Shown here piece by piece: positions 53,869-63,135 of a DNA stretch of 64,000 bases (positions are counted from its first letter, which is position 1; each line of letters begins with the position of its first letter). The DNA lies in assembly GCA_042576705.1 (NCBI GenBank), contig JBHPEY010000001.1, forward strand, positions 1,045 to 65,044, read 5' to 3'. The DNA is from Nanobdellota archaeon (GTDB lineage Archaea > Nanobdellota > Nanobdellia > Woesearchaeales > UBA11576). The notes beneath the pieces are model-generated. The model searched no databases and was not told the origin of the DNA. It saw only the letters and a list, made by a program, of their open reading frames with translations. The translations under genes were made by a program, and so were the position numbers.

Positions 53869-54015
53869 CGTCCGTGCCCGCAGAGCAAGCTGCCGCCGTA
53901 GCGTAGCGAAGGTGGCTGCTTGCGTGGCCAGACGGAACTTTTGTGAGCGAAGCATTCTAAGCGGAGTACCGGCAGATGCGAAGCATCTGACTGGCTTGCC
54001 GAATCTTTGATTCGG
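53869..54015. repeat. cluster of GC-rich hairpins in a 700-nt ORF-free region
   Basis: A long hairpin pairs gcaagctgcc with ggctgcttgc and is flanked by ccgtc/gacgg. CAGATGC-gaa-GCATCTG spans 53973-53989. CCGAATC-ttt-GATTCGG spans 53999-54015. Confidence 0.5.
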
Positions 54016-54065
54016 GAAGAGAGGCATTACGCGGCCCTTCCGCCGCTTTTTGGGGATTTGATAGG

Positions 54066-54175
54066 GCGGCAACTTCAGTAAAAGGAACTATATCAGGAGA
54101 GTGGCCTGCGGCCTAAAACGATACGCAGATAGTCTTAGAACCTGACTGAGTGGTTGCAGCGACATGGTTCGTGGT
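54066..54175 (+). repeat. module-C element (solo copy)
   Basis: The sequence is gcggcaacttcagtaaaaggaactatatcaggagagtggcctgcggcctaaaacgatacgcagatagtcttagaacctgactgagtggttgcagcg. Confidence 0.7.
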
Positions 54176-54439
54176 TCTGATGGCTCGGGGCTTGATTGCT
54201 GCTGGCTGGGATCGTGATGGCTCAGTTCGTGATTGGCACGGTTTTTTGGTGGAGGCCAGACCCTCTGTAGCCCCTGATAACGCTGTTTTCATAGGTCTTA
54301 GCTGTATTAACAGAAACCTTTTTAAAGGACCAAATTTTAGGTGCGATATGGTCATTAAACCTTTCTACGGCAAATGAGTGCCAAATTGCAGAGTTAACAC
54401 GCGGTAGAGGGAGTACTGGCTTATTCAGCAAAAAAAGGA

Positions 54440-54591
54440 GCCCTGGTAGTGTAGTGGCCTATCATGAAGCCCTGTCGAGGCGTTATGGACAGCATATTAG
54501 CTGTTTCTATCGCCGCATAAAGGCTTCGACCCGGGTTCGACATAAAATGGGTGAAACAGCCCGTTTTCAAACGAAAATCCCGGCCAGGGCG
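54440..54591 (+). tRNA. tRNA-Asp (anticodon GTC) with two introns (anticodon loop ~43 nt; T-loop ~36 nt)
   Basis: The acceptor is GCCCTGG/CCAGGGC with discriminator G, and the D region GTGTAGTGGCCTATCAT is as in archaeal tRNA-Asp. The anticodon stem is AAGCC...GGCTT with CT-GTC. The T stem is CCGGG/CCCGG enclosing TTCGA[36 nt]AT. Exons sum to 73 nt. Confidence 0.8.
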
Positions 54592-54593
54592 TA

Positions 54594-54599
54594 TTTTTT
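54594..54599 (+). terminator. oligo-T run after tRNA-Asp
   Basis: TTTTTT lies 3 nt after the discriminator base. Confidence 0.45.
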
Positions 54600-54627
54600 G
54601 CTTGAAACACTAACATAATGGTCAAAC

Positions 54628-54765
54628 AGGCCGGTAGCTCAGCCTGGAGGAACAAAAACATTTTTCCGGGCAATAGAGCACTCGACTTTTACCTTTCGAG
54701 GAAGAAATCGAGTGGTCGCGGGTTCGAAACAACCTGATAAGGTTGCGCAAGTCCCGTCCGGCCTA
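54628..54765 (+). tRNA. tRNA-Lys (anticodon TTT) with three introns (D-loop ~26 nt; anticodon loop 15 nt; T-loop 23 nt)
   Basis: The acceptor is AGGCCGG/CCGGCCT with discriminator A. The D arm is GCTC-AGCCTGG[26 nt]TA-GAGC. The anticodon arm is CTCGA-CTTTTA[15 nt]A-TCGAG. The T arm is GCGGG-TTCGAA[23 nt]T-CCCGT. Exons sum to 74 nt and introns to 64 nt, giving 138 nt in total. Confidence 0.8.
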
Positions 54766-54790
54766 CTTTAATAGTTCAGGGGAGAAGAAA

Positions 54791-55027
54791 ATGCCAAAAC
54801 AACCAATCCAGCACGTCCTCATCCCAAAACACAAGAAGATTTCTGAAAAAGAGAAAAAAGACCTTCTTGAGAAACATCACATCACTGTCAATGAACTGCC
54901 TTCGATCAACAAGAACGACCCTGCACTCGCAGGCGTCGATGTCGAGCCGGAGGATGTGATCAGGATCGAGAGGGAATCCCCGACAGCAGGGGAGACAGTG
55001 TTCTATCGAGGTGTTGTAGATGAGTGA
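54791..55027 (+). CDS. rpoH: DNA-directed RNA polymerase subunit H (Rpo5)
   Basis: MPKQPIQHVLIPKHKKISEKEKKDLLEKHHITVNELPSI...DVIRIERESPTAGETVFYRGVV is the RpoH pattern. The ATG lies 25 nt after tRNA-Lys. Confidence 0.85.
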   Translation: MPKQPIQHVLIPKHKKISEKEKKDLLEKHHITVNELPSINKNDPALAGVDVEPEDVIRIERESPTAGETVFYRGVVDE

Positions 55028-56507
55028 AAGCTATTCAGACATACTTGTCCAGAAGTTCTTCGAAGGCACCAGCCTCGTCGACTCAGACATAAGCTCATTC
55101 AACAACTTCATAGAGAAAGAGCTCCAGCGGATCGTCGATGCCAACAAGGGCATAGAGCCGACGATTATCCCGCACAATGTCGAGGAGTTCAAGATCAAGT
55201 TCGACAAGATATGGGTCAAGAAGCCTGAGATAACAGAGGCAGACGGGTCGAAAAGGAATGTCTACCCTACAGAGGCAAGACTGAGGAAGATAAGCTATGC
55301 AGCGCCGTGCTTCATCGAGGTGAGCGCACACATCAACGGCGTGCAGAGAGAGAGCTTCACCACGCAGATAGGATCCATACCGATAATGCTCAAGTCAAAG
55401 TACTGCCACCTGTACAAGATGTCCAAGGAAGAGCTGGTCTCTCACGGCGAGGACCCTGCAGACCTCGGCGGATACTTCATAATCAACGGAACAGAGAAGG
55501 TGCTGATCAGCGTCGAGGATTTGGCAGCAAATAGGCTTCTCATAGGCAAGGAGACGATCGGCGTCTCAGAATACAGCGGAAGGATGTTCTCAGAAGGCGC
55601 GTCATTCAAGATACCGCACACGATAGACAAGCTCAAGGACGGGCTTTTCTACCTCACATTCACAAGGGTCCGAAGGATACCTCTCGTCGTGATCATCAAG
55701 GCGCTTGGCCTGACAAAGGACGAGGACATAATGATGTTCATCTCAAAGGAGAGGCAGTTCGATTCAGTCCTGGTCAACCTCTTCGAGTTCGCAGACATAA
55801 AGACCGATGAGGAAGCGATAGACTACGTGGCTAAGAAGACAGGGATAACACAGGCAAAGGAGATACGGATAGAGAGGATGCGGGAGATAATCGACAAATA
55901 TCTTCTTCCTCACCTAGGCACTACACCGAAGGACAGAATATACAAGGCCTACAACCTGTGCAAGCTGTTGAGAAGGTTCATCATGGTCTCTACAGAAGAG
56001 CTTCCTACAGACGACAAGGACCATTATGCCAACAAGAGACTCAAGCTCTCCGGCGATCTGCTCTCAGACCTGTTCACAGTCAATCTGAAGGTATTGATCA
56101 ACGACCTATTATATAATTTCCAGAGGATAGTCAAGAGGGGTAAGTTCCCATCGGTAAAGGTTATCATAAGGGACAAGCTGCTTACACAGAGGATATATTC
56201 CTCAATGGCTACCGGCTCATGGGTCGGCGGAAGGAAAGGAATATCGCAAAGGATACAGCGGCTCAACTATCTCGAGACAATGTCACACCTGCAGAGGGTG
56301 GTCTCGCCGCTGTCAGCATCACAGGAGAACTTCAAGGCAAGGGAGCTGCACCCGACACATGCGGGAAGGCTCTGCTGCATGGAGACACCTGAAGGGACGA
56401 ACATCGGACTGAGAAAGAATCTCGCAGTGCTCGCGCGCGTGTCGCTCGAGACGCCAGAGGATGAGCTGATGAAAAGTCTCAAGAGCCTGGGGCTCAAGTC
56501 AATCTGA
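55020..56507 (+). CDS. rpoB2: DNA-directed RNA polymerase subunit B'' (N-terminal part of split Rpo2)
   Basis: This 495-aa ORF has the archaeal B'' motifs GGYFIINGTEKVLIS, ANKRLKLSGDLL and ELHPTHAGRLCCMETPEGTNIGLRKNLA. Confidence 0.95.
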   Translation: MSESYSDILVQKFFEGTSLVDSDISSFNNFIEKELQRIVDANKGIEPTIIPHNVEEFKIKFDKIWVKKPEITEADGSKRNVYPTEARLRKISYAAPCFIEVSAHINGVQRESFTTQIGSIPIMLKSKYCHLYKMSKEELVSHGEDPADLGGYFIINGTEKVLISVEDLAANRLLIGKETIGVSEYSGRMFSEGASFKIPHTIDKLKDGLFYLTFTRVRRIPLVVIIKALGLTKDEDIMMFISKERQFDSVLVNLFEFADIKTDEEAIDYVAKKTGITQAKEIRIERMREIIDKYLLPHLGTTPKDRIYKAYNLCKLLRRFIMVSTEELPTDDKDHYANKRLKLSGDLLSDLFTVNLKVLINDLLYNFQRIVKRGKFPSVKVIIRDKLLTQRIYSSMATGSWVGGRKGISQRIQRLNYLETMSHLQRVVSPLSASQENFKARELHPTHAGRLCCMETPEGTNIGLRKNLAVLARVSLETPEDELMKSLKSLGLKSI

Positions 56508-56521
56508 GTGGTGATTATAAA

Positions 56522-58324
56522 ATGACTGAAGTCTTTGTCAATAACAAATTCAGGGGAGAAGTCGACGACCCGCAGAGGTTCGTGAGCTCAGTAGTAGAAG
56601 AGCGAAGGAAGAACAACGTCCCTCAGAGCGTCAATGTATTCTATGACGAGAGTTCAGACACAGTATACGTCGACGGAACCAAGGGACGGGTCGTAAGGCC
56701 ACTCATCGTGGTGAAGAACGGCAAGCCTATGATCACAGAGAAGCACATCCAGCAGCTCAAGAAGAAGGAGATAACCTGGGATGACCTGCTCAAACAGGGT
56801 GTGCTAGAGTATCTCGACGCTGCAGAAGAGGAGAATACTCTGGTCGCATTCTTTGAGAAGGACCTTGGTCCTGAACATACCCATCTTGAGATACATCCAA
56901 TCGCGCTGGTCGGGCTCACCACATCGCTCGTGCCTTATGGAAATTACTGCCACTCGACAAAGCTCGCGATCGGTGGGAAGAACCAGAAACAGGCGATAGG
57001 ATTCTACGCAGCCAACTTCCCTGTCAGGATGGACATGGACGTCAACCTGCTCCAGACACCGCAGGCACCTATCGTAGCCACAATCATGCACAAGATATCC
57101 GAATACAATGCCCACCCTGCAGGACAGAACGTCGTCGTCGCAGTCATGGGATACATGGGCTATAACATTGAAGACGCACTTGTGATCAACAGAGGCTCCA
57201 TAGACCTAGGTTTCGGAAGGAGCACATACTATAGACCTGCTATCGCTGAAGAACTTCGGTACGCAGGCGGACTTACCGACGATGTATGCATACCTGACAA
57301 GGACATCAAGGGCTATAGGTCTGAGGTCGATTACAGGTATCTTGAAGAGGAAGGCATAATCTATCCTGAAGCAAAGGTCGGTGAAGGAGACGTCATAATC
57401 GGAAAATCATCACCACCAAGGTTTCTCAGCTCGATGGACGAGTATAATCTCGCTTCCAACATCAGGCGGGAGAGTTCTGTATCATTGAAGCATGGTGAGG
57501 AAGGCGTGGTCGACTTCGTCATGATAACCGAGAACGGCGAGGGCAACAAGCTCGTGCAGGTAAGGCTCAGGGACAGCAGGATACCTGAGATAGGGGACAA
57601 GTTCACGTCGAGGCACGGACAGAAGGGTGTCGTCGGGGTCGTGCTCGACCCATCAGACATGCCATTCAGCGCATCAGGGATAACACCTGACCTGATATTC
57701 AGCCCGCACGGGATCCCATCACGGATGACAATCTCACATCTCATCGAACTGGTAGGAGCAAAGGTGGGAGCGTTGTCAGGAAGGGAGATTGACGGGACGA
57801 CATTCGCAGCAGATGACGAGGGCGACCTCAGGAAAGAGCTGCTCAAGCTCGGCTTCCGAGAGAACGGCACAGAGACATTATACAACGGCCAGTCAGGAGA
57901 GCAGATCTCTGCAAAGATATACATCGGAAACATGTACTATCTCAAGCTGAAGCACATGGTCGCCAACAAGATACACAGCAGGGCACGAGGACCTATCCAG
58001 CTGCTCACACGACAGCCGACAGAAGGACGCGCAAAGGAAGGCGGACTCAGGCTCGGAGAGATGGAGAAGGACACGTTTGTCGCGCACGGAGCGAGCCTGC
58101 TGCTCAAGGAACGATTTGACTCAGATAAAACAGTTGTCCCTATATGCGAAAGCTGCGGCATAATCGCAATCTACAACGAGTTCAAGAACAAGTCATACTG
58201 CCCTATATGCGGGGAGAATGTCGAGATAAACAATGTCGAGATATCATACGCCTTCAAGCTAATGCTCGACGAGTTCAAATCCTTCGGAATCTATCCGAAG
58301 ATGAAGCTTGAGAGCAAATACTAG
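56522..58324 (+). CDS. rpoB1: DNA-directed RNA polymerase subunit B' (C-terminal part of split Rpo2)
   Basis: This 600-aa ORF has the motifs GQNVVVAVMGYMGYNIEDAL, GDKFTSRHGQKGVVG, PDLIFSPHGIPSRMTI, YYLKLKHMVANKIHSRARGP and GGLRLGEMEKD, plus a C-terminal Zn ribbon CESCG...CPICG. Confidence 0.95.
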   Translation: MTEVFVNNKFRGEVDDPQRFVSSVVEERRKNNVPQSVNVFYDESSDTVYVDGTKGRVVRPLIVVKNGKPMITEKHIQQLKKKEITWDDLLKQGVLEYLDAAEEENTLVAFFEKDLGPEHTHLEIHPIALVGLTTSLVPYGNYCHSTKLAIGGKNQKQAIGFYAANFPVRMDMDVNLLQTPQAPIVATIMHKISEYNAHPAGQNVVVAVMGYMGYNIEDALVINRGSIDLGFGRSTYYRPAIAEELRYAGGLTDDVCIPDKDIKGYRSEVDYRYLEEEGIIYPEAKVGEGDVIIGKSSPPRFLSSMDEYNLASNIRRESSVSLKHGEEGVVDFVMITENGEGNKLVQVRLRDSRIPEIGDKFTSRHGQKGVVGVVLDPSDMPFSASGITPDLIFSPHGIPSRMTISHLIELVGAKVGALSGREIDGTTFAADDEGDLRKELLKLGFRENGTETLYNGQSGEQISAKIYIGNMYYLKLKHMVANKIHSRARGPIQLLTRQPTEGRAKEGGLRLGEMEKDTFVAHGASLLLKERFDSDKTVVPICESCGIIAIYNEFKNKSYCPICGENVEINNVEISYAFKLMLDEFKSFGIYPKMKLESKY

Positions 58325-58333
58325 GTGACCAAA

Positions 58334-60922
58334 ATGCCAGAAGAAGTCGAGCCACAATACGTATACAAGAAGGTGCAGAGCCTGGTATTCGGGGTGCTGA
58401 GCCCAAAGATGATCAAGAAGATGGCTTCAGCCAAGGTAGTCACACCTGAACTTTACGACAAGGAAGGATACCCTGTCGATGGCGGGCTGATGGACACAAG
58501 GCTCGGCGTGATTGATCCTGGACTGAAATGCAGGACCTGCGGGTCAAAGCTCAAGGAATGCGTGGGACACTTCGGCTACATCGAGCTGGCGCGCCCTGTG
58601 ATCCATATCAAGTATGTAAATCTCATACAAGTGATGCTGAAAGGCACGTGCAGGGAATGCGGAAAGGTCATGCTTCCCAAGGCAAAGAAGGAGAAATATG
58701 TTGCAGAGATAAAGAAGATAACAGAGGAGCAGAGCTTCGACAAGATGAGGGCCTATGTCAAGAGCGTCGTGATCAAGGACGTGGTATCCCAGACAAAATG
58801 CCCTTACTGCAAGTCAAGGCAGCACAAGGTCGCTATCGAGAAGCCGACCACATTCTTCGAGAATGACAAGAGGCTCAGCCCTATCGAGATACGGACAAGG
58901 CTGGAGAAGGTCAGCGAAGAGGATGTGCACCTGTTCAGCATGGACCCTATCTTTGTCAGGCCGGAATGGCTCGTGCTCACAGTGCTTCCGATACCGCCTG
59001 TGACGATGAGACCATCTATCACACTCGAATCAGGAGAGAGAAGCGAGGACGATCTCACGCACAAGCTCGGCGACATAGTGAGGATCAACCAGAGGCTGTT
59101 CGAGAACATCAACGCGGGCGCTCCGGAGATAATCATAGAGGATCTCTGGGACCTATTGCAGTATCACGTTACCACATTCTTTGACAATGATGTCGCGCAG
59201 CTGCCGCCAGCAAGGCACCGATCAGGACAGCCGCTTAAGACCATCACAGAGAGGATCAAGTCTAAGGAAGGGCGAATAAGGCATAACCTCGCAGGGAAGA
59301 GGACAAACTTCTCATCGCGGACAGTCATATCACCAGACCCGATGATCGACCTCAATGAGGTCGGGGTGCCAAAGATCGTGGCGATGAAACTCACTGTCCC
59401 TGAACGGGCAACAGAGTGGAACATCGATTACCTGAAGAAATTTGTCGAAACAGGACCAAAGGAATACCCTGGCGCGAACTATGTCGTCAGGCCTGATGGG
59501 AAGAAGAAACGTATCACCGATGAGATGAAGGAGCAGATTCTCGAAGAGATCCAGCCAGGATACTGCGTCGAGAGGCACCTCATGGACGGAGACATCGCGA
59601 TATTCAACCGACAGCCATCACTGCACAAGATGAGCATGATGTGCCATGAGATAAGGGTGCTGCCTGCAAAGACATTCAGGCTCAATCCTGCTGTCTGCGC
59701 ACCATATAATGCTGACTTTGACGGTGACGAGATGAACCTGCACATACCTCAGACAGAGGAGGCTCGTGCAGAGGCAGAGATACTCATGAAGGTCCAGACA
59801 CAGCTGATATCATCAGGATTCGGACTCAGCGTGATAGGCTGCATACAGGACGGGATAACAGGAAACTACATACTTACCAAACATCTTGAGATGCCAAGAA
59901 ACAAAGCGATGGACATACTATTCTCACTCGATATAGAAGACAAGTCAGGGCTGCCGAACAAGGACACGATAACAGGAAGCGAAGTGTTCAGCATGCTATT
60001 GCCTAAGGATTTTAATTTCACCGGAAAGGACAAGAGCGGCACTGAACTTGTGATCAAGAACGGTATGCTGATATCTGGAGTGATGGACACTGCTAACCTC
60101 GGCAAGGGTTCTGGAATCATGCTGCGTGATCTTCATAAGAAATATGATGCTGCATTGACCGCAGACTTCATCGCGAAAGCGATGAAACTGGGAATATACG
60201 TGCTCATGCATTTTGGGTTCACGACAAGCATCGAGGACACAGACCTGCCGCCAGAGGCGCGGAAGAGGATCGATAACATACTTAATGACGCTTACAAGGT
60301 CGTGGATGAACTTATCGACCAGTTCCACAAGAAGGCCCTTGAGACCTTCCCTGGAAAGACAATGGCAGAGACACTTGAGCTGAAGATACTCGAGAAGCTC
60401 AACAAGGCAAGGAACGAGACAGGGGAAGTGGTGGACAAGCACTCTACAAAAGAGACCGGCACAATCATCATGAGCAGGTCAGGCTCACGAGGAAAACCGC
60501 TCAACCTCGCCCAGATGGCAGGCTGCGTAGGACAGCAGGCGATGAGAGGAGGAAGGATCACATCCGGATACAAGGGAAGGACGATGTCGTGCTTCCAGAA
60601 AGGAGACCTGAGACCTGACGCCCACGGCTTCATAAGGCACAGCTTCAAGCAGGGCCTCTCACCGGCAGAGTTCTTCTTCATGGGAATGACTGGAAGGGAC
60701 TCACTGATGGATACTGCCTTGCGAACACCAAAGTCAGGATACCTCTACCGAAGGCTGGCGAATGCGCTGCAGGACCTAAAGGTAGAGTATGACTCAACAG
60801 TCAGGGACTCTTCAAAGAAGATCATACAGTTCCAGTATGGTGAAGATTCCATAGATGTCTCAAAATCTGAGAAAGGAACCATAAATGTCAAAAGGATAAT
60901 CGCAGAGGCCACCGGCAAGTAA
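58334..60922 (+). CDS. rpoA1: DNA-directed RNA polymerase subunit A' (Rpo1N)
   Basis: The zinc motifs [20 protein letters not shown] and [10 protein letters not shown], the catalytic [12 protein letters not shown], and [13 protein letters not shown] are present. The track start at 58325 is GTG, overlapping the rpoB' stop. Confidence 0.95.
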   Translation: MPEEVEPQYVYKKVQSLVFGVLSPKMIKKMASAKVVTPELYDKEGYPVDGGLMDTRLGVIDPGLKCRTCGSKLKECVGHFGYIELARPVIHIKYVNLIQVMLKGTCRECGKVMLPKAKKEKYVAEIKKITEEQSFDKMRAYVKSVVIKDVVSQTKCPYCKSRQHKVAIEKPTTFFENDKRLSPIEIRTRLEKVSEEDVHLFSMDPIFVRPEWLVLTVLPIPPVTMRPSITLESGERSEDDLTHKLGDIVRINQRLFENINAGAPEIIIEDLWDLLQYHVTTFFDNDVAQLPPARHRSGQPLKTITERIKSKEGRIRHNLAGKRTNFSSRTVISPDPMIDLNEVGVPKIVAMKLTVPERATEWNIDYLKKFVETGPKEYPGANYVVRPDGKKKRITDEMKEQILEEIQPGYCVERHLMDGDIAIFNRQPSLHKMSMMCHEIRVLPAKTFRLNPAVCAPYNADFDGDEMNLHIPQTEEARAEAEILMKVQTQLISSGFGLSVIGCIQDGITGNYILTKHLEMPRNKAMDILFSLDIEDKSGLPNKDTITGSEVFSMLLPKDFNFTGKDKSGTELVIKNGMLISGVMDTANLGKGSGIMLRDLHKKYDAALTADFIAKAMKLGIYVLMHFGFTTSIEDTDLPPEARKRIDNILNDAYKVVDELIDQFHKKALETFPGKTMAETLELKILEKLNKARNETGEVVDKHSTKETGTIIMSRSGSRGKPLNLAQMAGCVGQQAMRGGRITSGYKGRTMSCFQKGDLRPDAHGFIRHSFKQGLSPAEFFFMGMTGRDSLMDTALRTPKSGYLYRRLANALQDLKVEYDSTVRDSSKKIIQFQYGEDSIDVSKSEKGTINVKRIIAEATGK

Positions 60923-60935
60923 GGAGGATCAAAAG

Positions 60936-62066
60936 ATGGAAAGCCTGTTCAAAGAATACGAAAAGAAGATTCCGCCAAGCCTGCTTCAGGAAGTAAAGGA
61001 CAACCTGCCTGCAAAGGTCGACAAGAAGAAGGTCCAGGCAATACTTGAGACAGTCCACACAGAGTACGAGAACGCAAAGGTCCACTCTGGAGAGTCTGTC
61101 GGGCTCATCGCAGCAGAATCCATCGGAGAGCAGGGCACGCAGATGACCCTGAACACATTCCATTACGCGGGAGTGGCAGAGATGAACGTAACAGTAGGCC
61201 TTCCCAGGCTGATCGAGATCCTCGACGGCAGGAAGAACATCTCCACGCCGATGATGGAGGTCTATCTCAAATCACCTTATAATAAAGGAAAGGACATCAA
61301 GAAGATCGCACTGTCCATCAAGGAGACAAAGATGAAGGACATCGCTTCAGAGTTCTCGATAAATGTCGCTGAACTGATCGTTGAGGTCGCGCTTGACGAG
61401 AAGAAGATCGGAGAGATCGGGCTTGAGATGAATACAATAGGCAAGGCAGTCGAGAAGGCTGTGAAGGATGCTGAGGTCAAGCTGCGTGACAATATAATCT
61501 CCATCAAGTCCGGCAAGGACGAAGGGCTGAACGAGCTCTACAAGATGAAAGAGAAGATCAAGAAAGTGCATGTGTCTGGCATAAAGGATGTCTTTCAGGT
61601 GCTTCCTGTGCGGCGTGGTGAGGAGTTCATCATAATCACAGCAGGGTCAAACCTCAAGGCTGCTTTCGAGAATGAGTATGTCGATGTCACACGGACCACC
61701 ACCAACAAGGTCTGCGAGGTCTCGGACGTGCTTGGAGTAGAGGCTGCGCGACAGTCAATCATCAACGAGGTGTTCAAGGTCATCGAGAACCAGGGCCTCA
61801 ATATCGACAAGCGGCACATGATGCTGGTAGCTGACATGATGAGCAGCTCAGGCATGGTGAAAGGGATAACAAGGTATGGTGTAGTGAGCCAGAAGGCATC
61901 AGTGCTGGCAAAGGCGTCATTCGAGACTCCTATCAAGCACATCATATCAGCAGCGCTTGTCGGTGAAGAGGACAAGCTGAACTCGGTCGTCGAGAACGTG
62001 ATGCTCAACCAGGCAGTGCCTGTCGGGACAGGATTGCCGGGACTGATAACCAAGATAAAGGAATGA
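60936..62066 (+). CDS. rpoA2: DNA-directed RNA polymerase subunit A'' (Rpo1C)
   Basis: [29 protein letters not shown] (the trigger-loop region) and [16 protein letters not shown]...GITRYGV...VLAKASFE are present. Confidence 0.95.
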   Translation: MESLFKEYEKKIPPSLLQEVKDNLPAKVDKKKVQAILETVHTEYENAKVHSGESVGLIAAESIGEQGTQMTLNTFHYAGVAEMNVTVGLPRLIEILDGRKNISTPMMEVYLKSPYNKGKDIKKIALSIKETKMKDIASEFSINVAELIVEVALDEKKIGEIGLEMNTIGKAVEKAVKDAEVKLRDNIISIKSGKDEGLNELYKMKEKIKKVHVSGIKDVFQVLPVRRGEEFIIITAGSNLKAAFENEYVDVTRTTTNKVCEVSDVLGVEAARQSIINEVFKVIENQGLNIDKRHMMLVADMMSSSGMVKGITRYGVVSQKASVLAKASFETPIKHIISAALVGEEDKLNSVVENVMLNQAVPVGTGLPGLITKIKE

Positions 62067-62085
62067 TCTTAGAAAGGTGTTATAA

Positions 62086-62352
62086 ATGGCAGATCTGATT
62101 GCAGAAATCAAGAAGAACCTCAAGGAAGAGAAGCTCATCATAGGGGCTGACAGAACGTTAAAGGGGCTGAGGATTGGACAGTTTGTTAAGGTGTATCTCG
62201 CTTCTAATTGCGCTGCTGAGCTGAAGGAAGATATTGATCAGCTTGCAGGACTTGGCGAGGTTGAGGTCGCTGAGGTGCCCCTTGTGAATACAGAGCTTGG
62301 AGACCTGTGCAAGAAGCCGTTCTCCATCTCGGTCATGGGACTGTTGAAATAA
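62086..62352 (+). CDS. rpl30e: 50S ribosomal protein L30e (eL30)
   Basis: This 88-aa ORF carries KLIIGADRTLKGLRIGQFVKVYLASNC...LGDLCKKPFSISVMGLL. It sits in the conserved position after rpoA''. Confidence 0.9.
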   Translation: MADLIAEIKKNLKEEKLIIGADRTLKGLRIGQFVKVYLASNCAAELKEDIDQLAGLGEVEVAEVPLVNTELGDLCKKPFSISVMGLLK

Positions 62353-62381
62353 ATGATTAAATTGTTAAAAGGTTTTTACAA

Positions 62382-62810
62382 ATGGGACAAAAAATAGTTT
62401 TTGATGAAGACAAGATGAAGAAGATGGCTCTTTTTGAGTCCATCACAAAGGCTAAACTTAAAGATTTCTTTGATGATCCTGTGCAGGAACGGTTGGTTTT
62501 TATCGTCTCTCCTGGTGAATTATGGCGGGCGCTCGGTAAGCAGGGTGCCAATGCCAAAAGGCTGGAGAGCACGTTCAAGCGGAAGATAAAGATTGTTGAG
62601 TATTCTGGTGACCTGATCACGTTCATAAAGAACATGGCACGTCCGTTGAAGGTTGATGATGTCTCTGAGGAGGAGGGGATCGTCACTATCCGTCATGAGG
62701 ACATGCAGACAAAGGGGTTGTTGATTGGAAAGAATGCGCGTAATCTTCGTAATATGGAAAGTAATATACAAAGGTATTTCTCTGAGTTGAAGGAAATTAA
62801 GGTTGTGTAG
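62382..62810 (+). CDS. nusA: archaeal NusA-like protein (two KH domains)
   Basis: GKQGANAKRLES and IGKNARNLRNMES are GxxG KH loops. The 142-aa length and the position after rpl30e are canonical. Confidence 0.85.
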   Translation: MGQKIVFDEDKMKKMALFESITKAKLKDFFDDPVQERLVFIVSPGELWRALGKQGANAKRLESTFKRKIKIVEYSGDLITFIKNMARPLKVDDVSEEEGIVTIRHEDMQTKGLLIGKNARNLRNMESNIQRYFSELKEIKVV

Positions 62811-62829
62811 TTGTGTGGTTTGATTTGTT

Positions 62830-63135
62830 GATTCTTAATTCAGCTTTGGTGTTGGTAGCTGATGTTAGTTTGACAATGGATGCATGATTCGCACCATTGC
62901 AACAGGTCTGTTGCAGGGTTGTCTGCGGCTAAAGCTTTAGCCAACCAAAGCTGATGTAACATTGGTCAGTATTGGATGGAGCAAGCCTGATTAGGGAATT
63001 TTTTGTTTTTGCTGCTTTATGTGGATTCGTTCAGGCAGCAGCGTCTGCTAAATGAACGATATAAGGAAGAAGGCCTGCGGCCAAAAAAGATACGCAGATA
63101 GTCTTAGAACTTGACATCGTGGTGTTGCGGCAGGA
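62830..63135 (+). repeat. composite intergenic element (A interrupted by B, + GCTGC hairpin + C)
   Basis: The module A left arm lies at 62830-62850. The right arm is split as gcacc[50-nt module B]caaagctga (62891-62954). gtattggatggagcaagcctga follows, then the hairpin gctgctttatg..caggcagcagc and module C aaatgaacgatataaggaagaaggcctgcggcc..cagatagtcttagaacttga. The element starts 20 nt after the nusA stop. Confidence 0.8.
62896..62945 (+). mobile_element. module-B two-hairpin mini-element nested inside module A
   Basis: The sequence attgcaacaggtctgttgcagggttgtctgcggctaaagctttagccaac interrupts the otherwise contiguous gcaccaaagctga arm seen in three other A copies. Confidence 0.6.

Noticed and set aside
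53770-54355. Track ORFs 53770..54072, 54113..54355, 54150..54377 (and 23991..24215)
   Set aside because: They fall in repeat- and hairpin-dense intergenic DNA. Their Ala/Arg/Pro-rich translations overlap module C copies, and they have no start context.
62071-62090. GTTATAAATG overlapping the rpl30e start looked like a TATA box
   Set aside because: It overlaps the ATG itself. rpl30e is 19 nt downstream of rpoA'' and most likely co-transcribed.
4745-63135. Considered whether the dispersed repeats are a CRISPR array or its remnants
   Set aside because: Copies are kilobases apart with genes between them. There is no regular repeat-spacer periodicity and there are no cas genes.
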